Assembly (NCBI GenBank): GCA_022508375.1
Contig: JAFLVJ010000005.1
Coordinates: 5,004 to 69,003 of the forward strand
Length of the DNA stretch: 64,000 bases
Origin: Clostridiales bacterium
Lineage (GTDB): Bacteria; Bacillota; Clostridia; Christensenellales; CAG-314
Direction: 5' to 3'
The position numbers and the translations under genes are program-made. How positions within the stretch are numbered: position 1 is the stretch's first letter; the number at the start of each line of letters is the position of its first letter. Shown piece by piece: positions 12,365 to 22,987 of the stretch. Under the pieces are notes generated by a model. That model saw only the letters and a program-made list of their open reading frames with translations. It was not told where the DNA came from and ran no database searches.

Positions 12365-14281
12365 TTACATGTCGTCGGATTTATCAGCGATTTCCGACAG
12401 CAACTTCTTAACAAAGTCGCCTTGGCTCATTACACCTAAGTCACCCTTCTTTCTATTACGAACGGCAACCGTCTTATCCTGCTTTTCCTTTTCGCCAAGC
12501 ACAAGCATGTAGGGAATCTTTTGCAGTTGCGCTTCGCGGATACGGTAGCCCATTTTTTCGTTGCGATCATCCACTTCTGCGCGAATTCCCTTTGCTACCA
12601 ACTTTTTGCAAACTTGGTGCGCGTACTTGGATTGATTTTCCGAAATGGGAACAAGCTTAACCTGTACGGGAGCAAGCCACAGCGGGAACGCGCCTGCGTA
12701 ATGTTCGGTAAGTATCGCAATGAAACGCTCGATACTTCCAAATACAACGCGGTGAATCATTACGGGGCGATGCTTTTCGCCATCCTGTCCAACATATGTG
12801 AGGTCGAAACGCTCGGGCATTTGGAAGTCAAGCTGAATTGTTCCGCATTGCCAAGTACGGCCAATACTGTCCTCCAGGTGGAAGTCGATTTTGGGGCCAT
12901 AGAAAGCACCGTCGCCTTCATTGATCTCGTAGGCTTTGCCAAGCTTGTCAAGCGCGTTTTTCAAAGCGTTTGTAGCCATCTCCCATTGCTCGTCGCTACC
13001 CATGCTGTTTTCCGGACGGGTAGAAAGCTCAAGGTTGTACTTGAACCCAAACACCTTATAAAAGCTGTCGATAAGTCGCACTACGCCCTCGATCTCCCCT
13101 TCGATTTGTTCGGGGGTCATAAAGATATGAGCGTCATCCTGAGTGAAGCAACGAACACGCATCAGTCCGTGTAATGCACCGGATAACTCGTGACGGTGAA
13201 CAAGACCGAGTTCCGCCATACGTTCGGGCAAATCACGGTAACTGTGAGGCTTGCGCTTGTAAACAAGCATTCCTCCGGGGCAGTTCATGGGTTTAATTGC
13301 GAAGTCAGCGTCGTCAATCTTGACAACGTACATATTATCCTTGTAGTGATCCCAGTGTCCGCTACGATGCCACAAATCTTGGTTAAGGATAATGGGCGTC
13401 TTGATTTCCTGATATCCTGCCTTAACGTGCTCTTGACGCCAGTAGTCTTCAAGAAGATTACGCAGCACCATTCCTTTGGGGAAGAAGAACGGGAAACCCG
13501 GACCTTCGTCAAAAATATCAAACAAGTCAAGCTCTTTACCGAGCTTTCTGTGATCGCGGCGTTTTGCTTCCTCTAAACGAAGCAGATATTCGTCAAGCTC
13601 TGCTTTCTTTTCAAAAGCTGTTCCGTAAATACGGGTAAGCATCTTGTTCTTGGTGTCTCCGCGCCAGTATGCGCCCGCAATGCTTGTGAGCTTGAACACC
13701 TTGAGTTTGCCCGTTGAACTCATATGCGGTCCACGGCACAAATCAACGTAGTCACCTTGACGGTACAGTGAAACTTTTTCCGCATCCAACTCGGACAGTA
13801 TTTCTACCTTGTACATGTCGCCGTGTTGCTTGAAAAATTCGATAGCGGCAAGCCTATCCATTTCTTCGCGTACTATTGGCAAGTCTTGCGCTACAATCTT
13901 GCTCATTTCCGCTTCGATTTTTTCCAAATCTTCGGGAGCAATCACCGCGCCCTCGAAATCGATATCGTAGTAAAAACCGTTTTTAATTGCAGGACCGATT
14001 GCAAACTTAGCACTCTTCCAAATGTGGGAAATGGCCTGAGCCATCAAGTGCGCCGTCGAGTGACGTAACACCTCCAAGCCTTCCTCGTTTTTCAAAGTAA
14101 ACACCTTGAAATCGCTATCACTGTCAATAACGTGCGACATATCGCACTTAACACCATTTACTTCAGCGCAAACAGCATTGCGTGCAAGACCTTGAGAAAT
14201 GCTCTCGGCAACCTCAAGACAAGTTACACTTTTTTCAAATTCTTTTATACTTCCGTCCGGAAGTTTTACTTTAATAGCCAT
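12365..14281 (-). CDS. thrS: threonine--tRNA ligase
   Basis: TGS domain, RHSTAH, DLCRGPH, RDHRKLG, KPMNCP, GAFYGPKID, HR..FGSIERF. Confidence 0.98.
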   Translation of the reverse strand: MAIKVKLPDGSIKEFEKSVTCLEVAESISQGLARNAVCAEVNGVKCDMSHVIDSDSDFKVFTLKNEEGLEVLRHSTAHLMAQAISHIWKSAKFAIGPAIKNGFYYDIDFEGAVIAPEDLEKIEAEMSKIVAQDLPIVREEMDRLAAIEFFKQHGDMYKVEILSELDAEKVSLYRQGDYVDLCRGPHMSSTGKLKVFKLTSIAGAYWRGDTKNKMLTRIYGTAFEKKAELDEYLLRLEEAKRRDHRKLGKELDLFDIFDEGPGFPFFFPKGMVLRNLLEDYWRQEHVKAGYQEIKTPIILNQDLWHRSGHWDHYKDNMYVVKIDDADFAIKPMNCPGGMLVYKRKPHSYRDLPERMAELGLVHRHELSGALHGLMRVRCFTQDDAHIFMTPEQIEGEIEGVVRLIDSFYKVFGFKYNLELSTRPENSMGSDEQWEMATNALKNALDKLGKAYEINEGDGAFYGPKIDFHLEDSIGRTWQCGTIQLDFQMPERFDLTYVGQDGEKHRPVMIHRVVFGSIERFIAILTEHYAGAFPLWLAPVQVKLVPISENQSKYAHQVCKKLVAKGIRAEVDDRNEKMGYRIREAQLQKIPYMLVLGEKEKQDKTVAVRNRKKGDLGVMSQGDFVKKLLSEIADKSDDM

Positions 14282-14309
14282 GGTTGATCAATAGCCTCCT
14301 TTACTTAAC

Positions 14310-14525
14310 AAAATAAAAAATCCTTATGAACTTGCTGTTCATAAGGACGAAATGAATTCCGTGGTTCCACCTTATTTGACGGGAAAAACCCGCCCACTCT
14401 TTCACCCTGTTGTCGCAAGGGTCGGCGCGTCAAGCAAAGTGGTATTTTACAATTTCGTTTGCGACATTCTCAGCACCTGCCACTCTCTGTGAAACTACCT
14501 TTGTAAAACTTGTCTTTACCTATAA
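14310..14525 (-). ncRNA. T-box riboswitch (Thr)
   Basis: Minus strand: stem I with CAGAGAG/GCTGAGA motifs, probable ACC specifier in AATACCAC, T-box AAATAAGGTGGAACCACGG, terminator TCCTTATGAAC..GTTCATAAGGA-U6; TTGACA-17-TACAAT promoter upstream. Confidence 0.92.
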
Positions 14526-14598
14526 CGTATTGTCAAGTAAATTGTAATCCTGTTTGACATATATGTCAACTGTTTTTAGAAAATTGTTGTATCGATAT

Positions 14599-15351
14599 TC
14601 ACTCTACTTCAATGTACTCCGTTTCAAATAGTGCTCCTAACATATCACAAAAATCTTTGTTTAAGCTTCTGCTGTGGTAAATCCTGACAGCGCGCGGTTT
14701 TAAACAAAGTATATTGAGCATGACTTCTTCCTCACACGTAGAAATTTTTGCCATGGATGATATTGGTTCAATCACCTTGTCGTCGTTGCCATAAAGTACG
14801 AATTCATCGCCGTTTACACTAACCGACAATTGTCTGCATTTACTTGGAGTGGACTCCAACAGGTACTGCAAAAATTCCACAATGAGCGTACTGTCGGACA
14901 TTACGTAAAAGTTGTCGCTGACCAGCTTTGTAATTTCCTGCCACTTCTTCTTGATGGGACCAAGACGAAAGTTATAGTATCCGTCCAGGCATATTGTTCT
15001 GTCTATGTCAACAATTTTGGATACAATTTGTTTGTCGTATTCGATATCGAAAATACATATCGTATTGACAAGTACATTGTGATAAAAATTGTTTTTGTCA
15101 ATCTTCAACAGCTTTCTTACAAATATATTTTTGTATCCCAATGTCAACGACTGGGATACGGCGTCACATAGCTTTCTTTGCACCTGAAAGCGATAAGTAT
15201 CTGCGCATGCCAATGAGAAGTAATTTCTGTTACGCTCGTCCATTTCGCTTACAATTCCGTCAATTTGCTCGATACAGGGCGCAAGTTGTCCTTTTACGTA
15301 ATCCAGCAGATGCCCGTTTTCTTTTACCACACTAACAGTTGTTTCGTACAT
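14599..15351 (-). CDS. putative sporulation protein, YtxC-like
   Basis: LDGYYNFRL and EFLQYL segments; conserved position upstream of thrS. Confidence 0.65.
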   Translation of the reverse strand: MYETTVSVVKENGHLLDYVKGQLAPCIEQIDGIVSEMDERNRNYFSLACADTYRFQVQRKLCDAVSQSLTLGYKNIFVRKLLKIDKNNFYHNVLVNTICIFDIEYDKQIVSKIVDIDRTICLDGYYNFRLGPIKKKWQEITKLVSDNFYVMSDSTLIVEFLQYLLESTPSKCRQLSVSVNGDEFVLYGNDDKVIEPISSMAKISTCEEEVMLNILCLKPRAVRIYHSRSLNKDFCDMLGALFETEYIEVE

Positions 15352-15493
15352 AGTTGTAGTTTATGCAACTTTAACCGCCTTTATTTGAGACCGACAATAA
15401 AAGCCAAATGTTTTGTATTTTTCTGATGCTGTTAGTTATTGCAAAATAAAATGAAATATGTTATATTTGTAAAAAACTTTACAGGTTAAAAAT

Positions 15494-16030
15494 ATGTCAA
15501 AATTATTTGAAATAAACGGCGATTTAACTGAATACGAAAACTACGATAAATTCAAAAACGTTATCCGCGAAGTTCGAACCAAATTTCAGGATATGTTCGG
15601 CGCGGATACTTTATCACGACTTCCGTTGTTCATCGACAACTGTACAGCGGGAGGCGGCTACACGCCATGCACAAGCGTAGTTTTGCAACAATACGTAACG
15701 ATAAGATTGAATATATCCGATTTCAATCGCGTAGAACAAACCACCTACCAATTTGCTCACGAAATGACCCATTTCACCTACCGCTGTTTGATTGGAATAT
15801 TCAAAAAACGGGCAACCGTTTACGAAGAATCGATCTGTTCGGCAATGTCGCTGTGTTTCCTATACGGAAACAGTCGCAACTTTCAATCTTGGTGCGATCA
15901 TGTACGCAAGCTGAAAAACGAAGGATATCGCAAGGGGTACGACGTGGCGTTGGCGTGCGGTTTCAGCCCCGAAAGGTTACGGGACAAAATCCTAGCCGAA
16001 CTAAACGATTACCGCAAAATAGCACTGTAA
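15494..16030 (+). CDS. hypothetical HExxH metallopeptidase-like protein
   Basis: YQFAHEMTH plus downstream EE (YEESIC); own promoter-like sequence and terminator-like hairpin. Confidence 0.6.
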   Translation: MSKLFEINGDLTEYENYDKFKNVIREVRTKFQDMFGADTLSRLPLFIDNCTAGGGYTPCTSVVLQQYVTIRLNISDFNRVEQTTYQFAHEMTHFTYRCLIGIFKKRATVYEESICSAMSLCFLYGNSRNFQSWCDHVRKLKNEGYRKGYDVALACGFSPERLRDKILAELNDYRKIAL

Positions 16031-16075
16031 TAAAAAAACATAACCCAACGACATAACCGATCGCGGGGTTTTATT

Positions 16076-16759
16076 TTACTGTATTTTCATCGTGTACGTC
16101 CACTGTTTATCTTCGGGGGATACGCGATATGATTCACGCATTTTTTGCAGCGCTTTATTATATGTAAATTTGTTGAGGATGTTTTTACCTTCGCCTTCCA
16201 TGTAGGCTACCGTTTTGTCGCGACACTTTGCCATTGCTGTAGCCACAAGCCATGCCACACCCATATCAACGTAGTAATGTCCACACTGTGTGATTGTTGC
16301 AAGTGATGAGAAAACCTTGTCAATATGCTCGTCGTCCAGATAGCTAGTCATAAGATTTACCACACCGTAACGGCACACGAAGGGTTGTTCATTGGGAAGT
16401 AAATTAACGAAAAAGTCAAAGTAATCTTGCATCTCGCTCTTAGGCACTTTCACTGTTGAGCAATCGCAAACAGCCCAGTTTTCAATTATGTTAGCAAACT
16501 CAAGCAGATGGACTGATTTTTCCGCAAAAGACAACTTGCTCCCCGACACCACCACGCCACGCAACAAATCCACTTCGAAATATTGATGAACGGGATAACT
16601 TTCCACTTCCACCAATGTCAAACTTTTGGCAATTTTGCGTAAAAAAGGTATTTTGCAGCCTATTGTAGCCACACCGCTGTTGATAATCTTGTTATTAAAT
16701 TCGTCATACTGCTTATCGCTGTTTTCTCTAAGTATTTGGATCAGTCCCGTGTAAGTCAT
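16076..16759 (-). CDS. DNA alkylation repair protein (AlkD-like)
   Basis: IGCKIPFLRK, NWAVCD, YYVDMGVAW, NKALQK..ES.R. Confidence 0.85.
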   Translation of the reverse strand: MTYTGLIQILRENSDKQYDEFNNKIINSGVATIGCKIPFLRKIAKSLTLVEVESYPVHQYFEVDLLRGVVVSGSKLSFAEKSVHLLEFANIIENWAVCDCSTVKVPKSEMQDYFDFFVNLLPNEQPFVCRYGVVNLMTSYLDDEHIDKVFSSLATITQCGHYYVDMGVAWLVATAMAKCRDKTVAYMEGEGKNILNKFTYNKALQKMRESYRVSPEDKQWTYTMKIQ

Positions 16760-16846
16760 ACATACATTATAATAATTGACTCACAACATTGTCAAGACAA
16801 TAAAAAATCCGAGCGCTTTGAACGCTCGGATTTGATTTATAATTCA

Positions 16847-17080
16847 TTATTTAACTTGAGATTCGATGTACTTAACAATTGCCTCGACCGTTACAAGCTC
16901 ATTAGCCTTTTCGTCAGGTACCGTAATACCGAAATTATCTTCAAGTGACATAAGCATTTCGACCATATCAAGACTGTCCGCGCCAAGATCCTGTACAACG
17001 TTGGATTGCATTGTGATTTTGCTTGGATCGTCGATATTAAGCGCTTCCGCAAGAAGTTTTTGTACTTTTTCAAAAATCAT
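16847..17080 (-). CDS. acpP: acyl carrier protein
   Basis: DLGADSLD phosphopantetheine site, 77 aa acidic. Confidence 0.96.
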   Translation of the reverse strand: MIFEKVQKLLAEALNIDDPSKITMQSNVVQDLGADSLDMVEMLMSLEDNFGITVPDEKANELVTVEAIVKYIESQVK

Positions 17081-17174
17081 TGTAGTATCCTCCTTTGATA
17101 GATGTATTATATTACACCATTGTTAAACTTTCAAGTATTTTAACCAAAATTGTGCTCATGGCATACAATTTAGT

Positions 17175-17399
17175 ATGAGATGTTGTTCTAACGGAAGATT
17201 TATAAACGAACAAACATATTTACGAACTGTATGCAACAATCGTCCACCGTGCAAACCGCGCCATCGCGATTGCAAATGCAAAGATAGTCCGTATATGGAA
17301 TACACTTACTGCGGACGGTGCGGTAAGCTGACCTTACGTTGCGACAAACACTCGACAGGAATAAGCTTAGATATCAAGCACAACTGTGAACACAAATAA
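17175..17399 (+). CDS. small Cys-rich hypothetical protein (possible spore-coat type)
   Basis: 74 aa with 10 Cys; CATACAAT box 5 nt upstream of ATG; ends at a hairpin shared with the convergent gene. Confidence 0.5.
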   Translation: MRCCSNGRFINEQTYLRTVCNNRPPCKPRHRDCKCKDSPYMEYTYCGRCGKLTLRCDKHSTGISLDIKHNCEHK

Positions 17400-17428
17400 G
17401 GCTGTTGCTCATGCAACAGCCTTGTTTT
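17394..17428. terminator. bidirectional terminator between convergent small ORFs
   Basis: AAGGCTGTTGC-TCAT-GCAACAGCCTT stem. Confidence 0.7.
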
Positions 17429-17662
17429 CTACAGATCGTCCGCGTCCTGGACGGGTTCTGCATATTTCCCCCAACCTAAGGGATTGCCTGTGTAGCTACC
17501 AAATGGGTCGCTCTCGTCTTCTTGAGACGAGTTTTTACTGTTTTTTGTTCCGCCACCGGATTTTTTGGAAGAACTGCTACTTGTGTTCTTCGCGCCGGAG
17601 TTGCAACAACCTTTTGCGCCGTTAGTTGACTTTGTGTTAGAACTGTTCTTTGTAGATTTCAT
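17429..17662 (-). CDS. small Lys/Ser-rich hypothetical protein
   Basis: AGGAGG RBS; low-complexity N-terminus and C-terminal DPFGSYTGNP...PVQDADDL. Confidence 0.7.
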   Translation of the reverse strand: MKSTKNSSNTKSTNGAKGCCNSGAKNTSSSSSKKSGGGTKNSKNSSQEDESDPFGSYTGNPLGWGKYAEPVQDADDL

Positions 17663-17743
17663 TTTTTCTACCTCCTGCTAAAAGTCTGCCCACTTCAGTA
17701 GAAATTATGCAATGAATCACATACAATTTTAGATAAATACAAA

Positions 17744-18928
17744 TTACTTTTTCTTGTTATATTTTTCCAATATCTCGTCGTATTTGTTTTCCACTTCTAC
17801 AACTACGTCTTTCCAACTGCGATAAACGTGTTTTGTTGCGTTTCTGCTCACTTCAAGTAGCAATTCCTTGTCATTGACAATGCCATACAGTTTATCTGCC
17901 CACTTAACCGCAGAGCACGATTCGGTAAAGCCTGTGTAGTTGTCAACAACAATTTCACTTGTCGGACTGCCTTCAATCAACAAAGTCGGCAATGAAAATG
18001 TTGCCGCTTCTATCGGACAAAGCGATGCCGTGTCAAATGACGACGGAAACAGAAAAACGTCTGCTCTTAGGTAAAACGCCTGTAAAAAATGTCTGTCGGT
18101 TATCATACCGGTAAATAGGACGTTGTCAGCTATGCCCAATTCTTTTACCAATGATTTGTACTCTTCGAGATTTTCGCCATCGCCAACTACGATAAATTTG
18201 AAATCAACGCCACGCGCCTTCAAAATGCGCATTGCGTCAAATGCCAAAGGTAAGTTTTTAACGGATACTACACGCCCGACAAACAGAAAAACATTTTCGC
18301 AATCTGTCAATCCGTACTTGGCATTAACCTCTTTGACAAGCTTTTCCGCTTCATCGTCGGAAGGCTTTTGCATATCCGTTCCGTTACGAATGATAGTAAT
18401 ATCTTTTTCATAACCATATTCGCGCAAAGTCTTCGCCGCGCCTTCTGATACTGTAAACACATAATCAACAGCGTTCATTGCTTTCATGATGCGTTTCATC
18501 ATAAACTCTGTTAACGTGTTAGACCCGGTTATTCGTATAAACTCGTCCTTAAACTTGGTATGAAAGGTCAAAATCGAAGGTGATTTATATTTCTTCCCCA
18601 ACTCCGCAAACCGACTACACAACGCAAATGGTGAATGCGCGTGAAATATATCCACGCCGCGTTTTGCCTCACGGTTTAGTTCTTTGCTCCATCTTGGCTC
18701 TCCATTCCTAAAACCACCGAAAGGTATATAAATTGAAGGAATATGATTTACCTCAACATCAGCTATGGTATTTTGCTTATCTATTTTTTTCCCATAGGTT
18801 GGTACGAAAATTTTACATTCGTTTCCGCTCTCGATTAAGTATTTGTAGTAATTACTTACAACCACGTTAGGACCGGCAACCTGCGGATACCAACTGTCCA
18901 AACTTAATAAAATCTTCTTTTTAGACAT
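17744..18928 (-). CDS. glycosyltransferase family 4 (diacylglycerol glucosyltransferase-like)
   Basis: HAHSPF, TFHT, FVGRVVSVKN, ADVFLFPS, IEAA. Confidence 0.9.
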   Translation of the reverse strand: MSKKKILLSLDSWYPQVAGPNVVVSNYYKYLIESGNECKIFVPTYGKKIDKQNTIADVEVNHIPSIYIPFGGFRNGEPRWSKELNREAKRGVDIFHAHSPFALCSRFAELGKKYKSPSILTFHTKFKDEFIRITGSNTLTEFMMKRIMKAMNAVDYVFTVSEGAAKTLREYGYEKDITIIRNGTDMQKPSDDEAEKLVKEVNAKYGLTDCENVFLFVGRVVSVKNLPLAFDAMRILKARGVDFKFIVVGDGENLEEYKSLVKELGIADNVLFTGMITDRHFLQAFYLRADVFLFPSSFDTASLCPIEAATFSLPTLLIEGSPTSEIVVDNYTGFTESCSAVKWADKLYGIVNDKELLLEVSRNATKHVYRSWKDVVVEVENKYDEILEKYNKKK

Positions 18929-19008
18929 GTAATCTCCACTGATGAATATATGATTAACTACATTTAATGAGTTGTACTTTGTTTGACATTGTCTTAAATT
19001 GCTTGTTT

Positions 19009-20250
19009 TTATAAAGTTGACAAAGTATTCTTTTTCTTAATTCTATCTATCGTTTTTGTTACTATAAGCACTATCAGCCCAAGCAACAGGTACATATAGA
19101 AACTGAAAACACGCCACACCATCATGCACGTGAAGCTTGCGCCTGCCACCGTTATAAGTATCGATCGGAACAGTCCGTAAAAGGTTCCGTCCGCAGCGCC
19201 CGAGTTGCCCGGAGTGGGTATAAAAGTTATTGCGCAGTATATGAAGAAAGTTATTCGAGTTACTTCGAACCACAAACTCCACGACGGCGTTAATTCGGCA
19301 ATCGCATCGGAAAACAGCAACAACGAAAAATACGGTAACGAACACTGTGCAATCACATATGCAAATGATAACAGAGTACCTACTATCAAAACTCTTTTCG
19401 ACTTGAAAAGGATTGCCATGTTTTTCTTGTTGTTATCAATAGCGCCGTTACCCTTCGCTATCCACTTTTCGGGATTTTTGCAAATGCGCAATTTGGTTAG
19501 TACATTGACTCCCCAAGCAATTACCTTGTAACCGGCTTTTGGAAAAAAGGAAAACGTCACCAAAAATAACGGTACAATGATGTAAAATACAGCGCCGACA
19601 TACGCCACTAATTGGATATAAATCGGAACAATTTCCTCATTTACGCCAAAGGCAAAGGACACTATTGCGCATATAAAAAAGGAAAACTGCGTCAAGAAAA
19701 GCGTTCCTATCGGAATTGCTCCCGCAGGTCCCGACGGAACTCCGTGCTTAGCCAAGTAATACATCTGAAATGGTTGACCGCCGGCGCCAAGAGGAGTGAC
19801 GTAATCGTAAAATTTACCAAGCGCAGCACAGTTGAATGCGGTACCGAATTGGTAAGTGTTGGTTGTCTTGCGTATCATGATAAAAACCTTAAGCGCTTCT
19901 AGCAAGATAGTCAACATAAACAGTCCAAGTAACACGATTAAATAGTACCAGTTAGCGCCTATTAGCTCTGTTACCCTGTCGTTGTTTACACTTTCCCCCG
20001 TGAAGTCGGATACAGCAGTATAGGCGATAATTGCCGCCATAACTACTATAAACAGCACTGTAAACACGATCTTTGTCACGCGTTTTTTGCGTGAAGTTTT
20101 AACGTCATCATTGTTTTCTTGAACGTGTTCAGTATTTTGATCTGCAAAAGCTAAAGACGTATCCTGTGTCAAAACTTCTTCAACATCCGACTGCTGATTT
20201 ACATTCTCAATATTATTTAATTCAGTTGTTTCTATACGCTCTTCTTTCAT
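19009..20250 (-). CDS. lysylphosphatidylglycerol synthase TM / flippase-like membrane protein
   Basis: VTPLGAGGQP, PTPGNSGAAD and WR motifs; multi-TM; next to the GT4 gene. Confidence 0.85.
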   Translation of the reverse strand: MKEERIETTELNNIENVNQQSDVEEVLTQDTSLAFADQNTEHVQENNDDVKTSRKKRVTKIVFTVLFIVVMAAIIAYTAVSDFTGESVNNDRVTELIGANWYYLIVLLGLFMLTILLEALKVFIMIRKTTNTYQFGTAFNCAALGKFYDYVTPLGAGGQPFQMYYLAKHGVPSGPAGAIPIGTLFLTQFSFFICAIVSFAFGVNEEIVPIYIQLVAYVGAVFYIIVPLFLVTFSFFPKAGYKVIAWGVNVLTKLRICKNPEKWIAKGNGAIDNNKKNMAILFKSKRVLIVGTLLSFAYVIAQCSLPYFSLLLFSDAIAELTPSWSLWFEVTRITFFIYCAITFIPTPGNSGAADGTFYGLFRSILITVAGASFTCMMVWRVFSFYMYLLLGLIVLIVTKTIDRIKKKNTLSTL

Positions 20251-20391
20251 ATACTATACAATTCAATTTTATTCTAATTTGACTTAGATGTCAACAATAT
20301 TTAATATTTGTTTACTATTTATGTCCGCCCGAAAAAAAATGCAAGGTCAGTTAAAAACCTTGCATTTGTAAAAGCTAAATTTATTAAAATG

Positions 20392-21786
20392 TTAGAATTG
20401 CGCATTTCCTACTGTACGCGGGAAAGGTAACACGTCGCGGATATTAGATACGCCCGTTAGATACATTACCAAGCGCTCAAATCCAAGTCCGAAGCCTGCA
20501 TGCTTTGTGCCACCATACTTACGAAGTTCGATGTACCACCAGTAATCTTCTTCCTTGAGCCCCAATTCTTGCATACGCTTGAGCAGTACGTCCATACGCT
20601 CTTCTCTTTGACTTCCGCCAATAAGTTCGCCTACACCGGGAACAAGCATATCCGTTGCGGCAACCGTCTTACCGTCGTCATTCAAACGCATATAGAACGA
20701 CTTGATTTCCTTGGGATAGTCTGTGACAAAAACAGGTCCGCCAACAATTTTTTCCGTAAGATATCTTTCGTGTTCGGTAGCAATATCACATCCCCACGAA
20801 ACAGGAAATTCGAATTCCTTGTTATGCTTGGAAAGCAACTGAATTGCTTTGGTATAGCTCATACGCTTAAATTGGGATTTGACAAGCTTGTGCAATCTTT
20901 CTTTCAAACCATTGTCCACAAAACTATTGAAAAACTCTATTTCTTCCGGGCAAACCGTCAAAATGTGCTTAACAACGGACTTGATCATCTTTTCCGCTAA
21001 CTTCATGTCATCCTTGAGGTCGGCAAAAGCAATTTCCGGCTCTATCATCCAAAACTCAGCGGCATGGCGTTGCGTGTTGGATTTCTCCGCACGGAAAGTA
21101 GGTCCGAATGTATATACCTTACCAAATGCCATTGCATACGTTTCAACGTTAAGCTGTCCCGAAACGGTCAGGTTGGCAGGTTTTCCGAAAAAGTCCTTGC
21201 TGTAATCCACGTTGCCCTGTTCGTCCAACGGCAAAGCTTGCGGATCCATTGTCGTCACGCGGAACATTTCGCCCGCGCCCTCACAGTCGCTAGCGGTTAT
21301 TATCGGCGTGTGAACGTACACAAAGCCTTCGCCATGGAAAAATTTGTGCAACGCAAAAGCGGCCTCACTTCTTACACGCATCGTTGCGGATATAAGATTT
21401 GTACGGGGACGCAAATGTGCGATCTCACGCAAAAACTCTACCGAGTGACGCTTTTTTTGCAAAGGATAGTCAGGCGTTGACTTACCTTCGATTTCAATGC
21501 ACGTTGCTTTTATTTCCAACGGTTGCTTATTTTCCGGCGTTAGCGCTACGATACCTGTAACTACAAGCGCACTACCGACGTTTAAGTGAGCAATTTCGTC
21601 GAAATTGACTAACTTACTTTGCTCAAATACAATTTGTAAGCTTTTAAAGCAACTACCGTCGTTTAGTTCAATAAAACCGAATACTTTCGAGTCGCGAATT
21701 GTCTTCGCCCAACCGCATACGGTTACCTGCTTACCTTCGTATTTCTTTCCCTTGGCAAGCAGTTCTTTAATTATAATTCTGTCCAT
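20392..21786 (-). CDS. asnS: asparagine--tRNA ligase
   Basis: OB fold, [43 protein letters not shown]. Confidence 0.97.
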   Translation of the reverse strand: MDRIIIKELLAKGKKYEGKQVTVCGWAKTIRDSKVFGFIELNDGSCFKSLQIVFEQSKLVNFDEIAHLNVGSALVVTGIVALTPENKQPLEIKATCIEIEGKSTPDYPLQKKRHSVEFLREIAHLRPRTNLISATMRVRSEAAFALHKFFHGEGFVYVHTPIITASDCEGAGEMFRVTTMDPQALPLDEQGNVDYSKDFFGKPANLTVSGQLNVETYAMAFGKVYTFGPTFRAEKSNTQRHAAEFWMIEPEIAFADLKDDMKLAEKMIKSVVKHILTVCPEEIEFFNSFVDNGLKERLHKLVKSQFKRMSYTKAIQLLSKHNKEFEFPVSWGCDIATEHERYLTEKIVGGPVFVTDYPKEIKSFYMRLNDDGKTVAATDMLVPGVGELIGGSQREERMDVLLKRMQELGLKEEDYWWYIELRKYGGTKHAGFGLGFERLVMYLTGVSNIRDVLPFPRTVGNAQF

Positions 21787-21790
21787 GTAA

Positions 21791-22987
21791 TTAGCCTCTC
21801 ATTTTACGAAGAAAGGGTGGAATCTTGGGATCTTCTTCAATTGCGATGTTGCCGCTTGACGGACCCTGTTGAATGGGTTGTTGCGGAACGTACGTCTGCG
21901 TAGGTTGTTGACGCTCAACAACGGTTTGAGTAACGTTAAGCGGATTTTGTGTTGTGGGTTGATTTACCGCATTGCTACGTTGAAGATTTGTTGCCGCAAC
22001 GTTTGTTGCCGCTTCACTACTGAAAAAAGCAGCTTTTCCACCACCGTCTTTACCGGAAAATCCCGTAGCAATAAGCGTTACCTGAACTTCGTCTTTCATA
22101 TTTTCGTCAAAACCAACGCCGAACAAAACGTTTGCGTCGGGAGAAATAACCTGACGTACAAGGTCAACACCCGTAGTAACTTCATCCAGTGACAAGTCGT
22201 CACCACCGCGGAAGTTTACAATCAGGCTTGATGCACCTTGAATGGTTGTTTCCAGTAACGGTGAATACACTGCCTTGCGGATAGCGTCGATTGTCTTGTT
22301 CTTACCCTTGCCGTCACCAACACCCATGTGTGCCATACCGCTGTTACGCATGACGCACTTGATATCTGCAAGGTCAAGGTTGATACGTCCGTCCTGAACG
22401 ACGATATCGGTGATACCGCGTATGCCTTGCAACAGAATTTCATCGGCTTTTGCAAAAGCGTCCATAATGGAGAAGTTCTTGTCGCGGTTAAGCTTTTCGT
22501 TTTGAACAATAACAAGGGAGTCAACATTACCTTTCAATGCTTCAATACCCAACTCGGCGTTCTTCATACGGCGAGTACCTTCGAAGTTGAACGGTTTAGT
22601 AACTACGGCAATGGTCAGTATTTCCAATTCCTTAGCGATTTGCGCAACCACTGGGGCAGCACCCGTTCCCGTTCCACCGCCCATTCCTGCAGCGATAAAC
22701 AACAAATCGACGCCTTGTAAAGCAGCCTGAATCTTTTCCTTACTTTCCAATGCCGCTGCTTTACCCACTTCGGGATTTGCACCGGCACCAAGGCCCTTAG
22801 TCAGCTTTTCGCCGATAGGCATTTTCTTTGCGGAGAGTTTGGAAAGCGCCTGTTGGTCGGTATTGAGAGCAAGATATTCCACTTGACGGATACCTGCCTT
22901 CATCATACTGTTGACAGCGTTACCGCCGCCACCACCTACACCTACTATCAAAATTTTTGCTACATTACCGTTGTAATCGAATTCCAT
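21791..22987 (-). CDS. ftsZ: cell division protein FtsZ
   Basis: [19 protein letters not shown]-terminal IPPFLR. Confidence 0.98.
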   Translation of the reverse strand: MEFDYNGNVAKILIVGVGGGGGNAVNSMMKAGIRQVEYLALNTDQQALSKLSAKKMPIGEKLTKGLGAGANPEVGKAAALESKEKIQAALQGVDLLFIAAGMGGGTGTGAAPVVAQIAKELEILTIAVVTKPFNFEGTRRMKNAELGIEALKGNVDSLVIVQNEKLNRDKNFSIMDAFAKADEILLQGIRGITDIVVQDGRINLDLADIKCVMRNSGMAHMGVGDGKGKNKTIDAIRKAVYSPLLETTIQGASSLIVNFRGGDDLSLDEVTTGVDLVRQVISPDANVLFGVGFDENMKDEVQVTLIATGFSGKDGGGKAAFFSSEAATNVAATNLQRSNAVNQPTTQNPLNVTQTVVERQQPTQTYVPQQPIQQGPSSGNIAIEEDPKIPPFLRKMRG

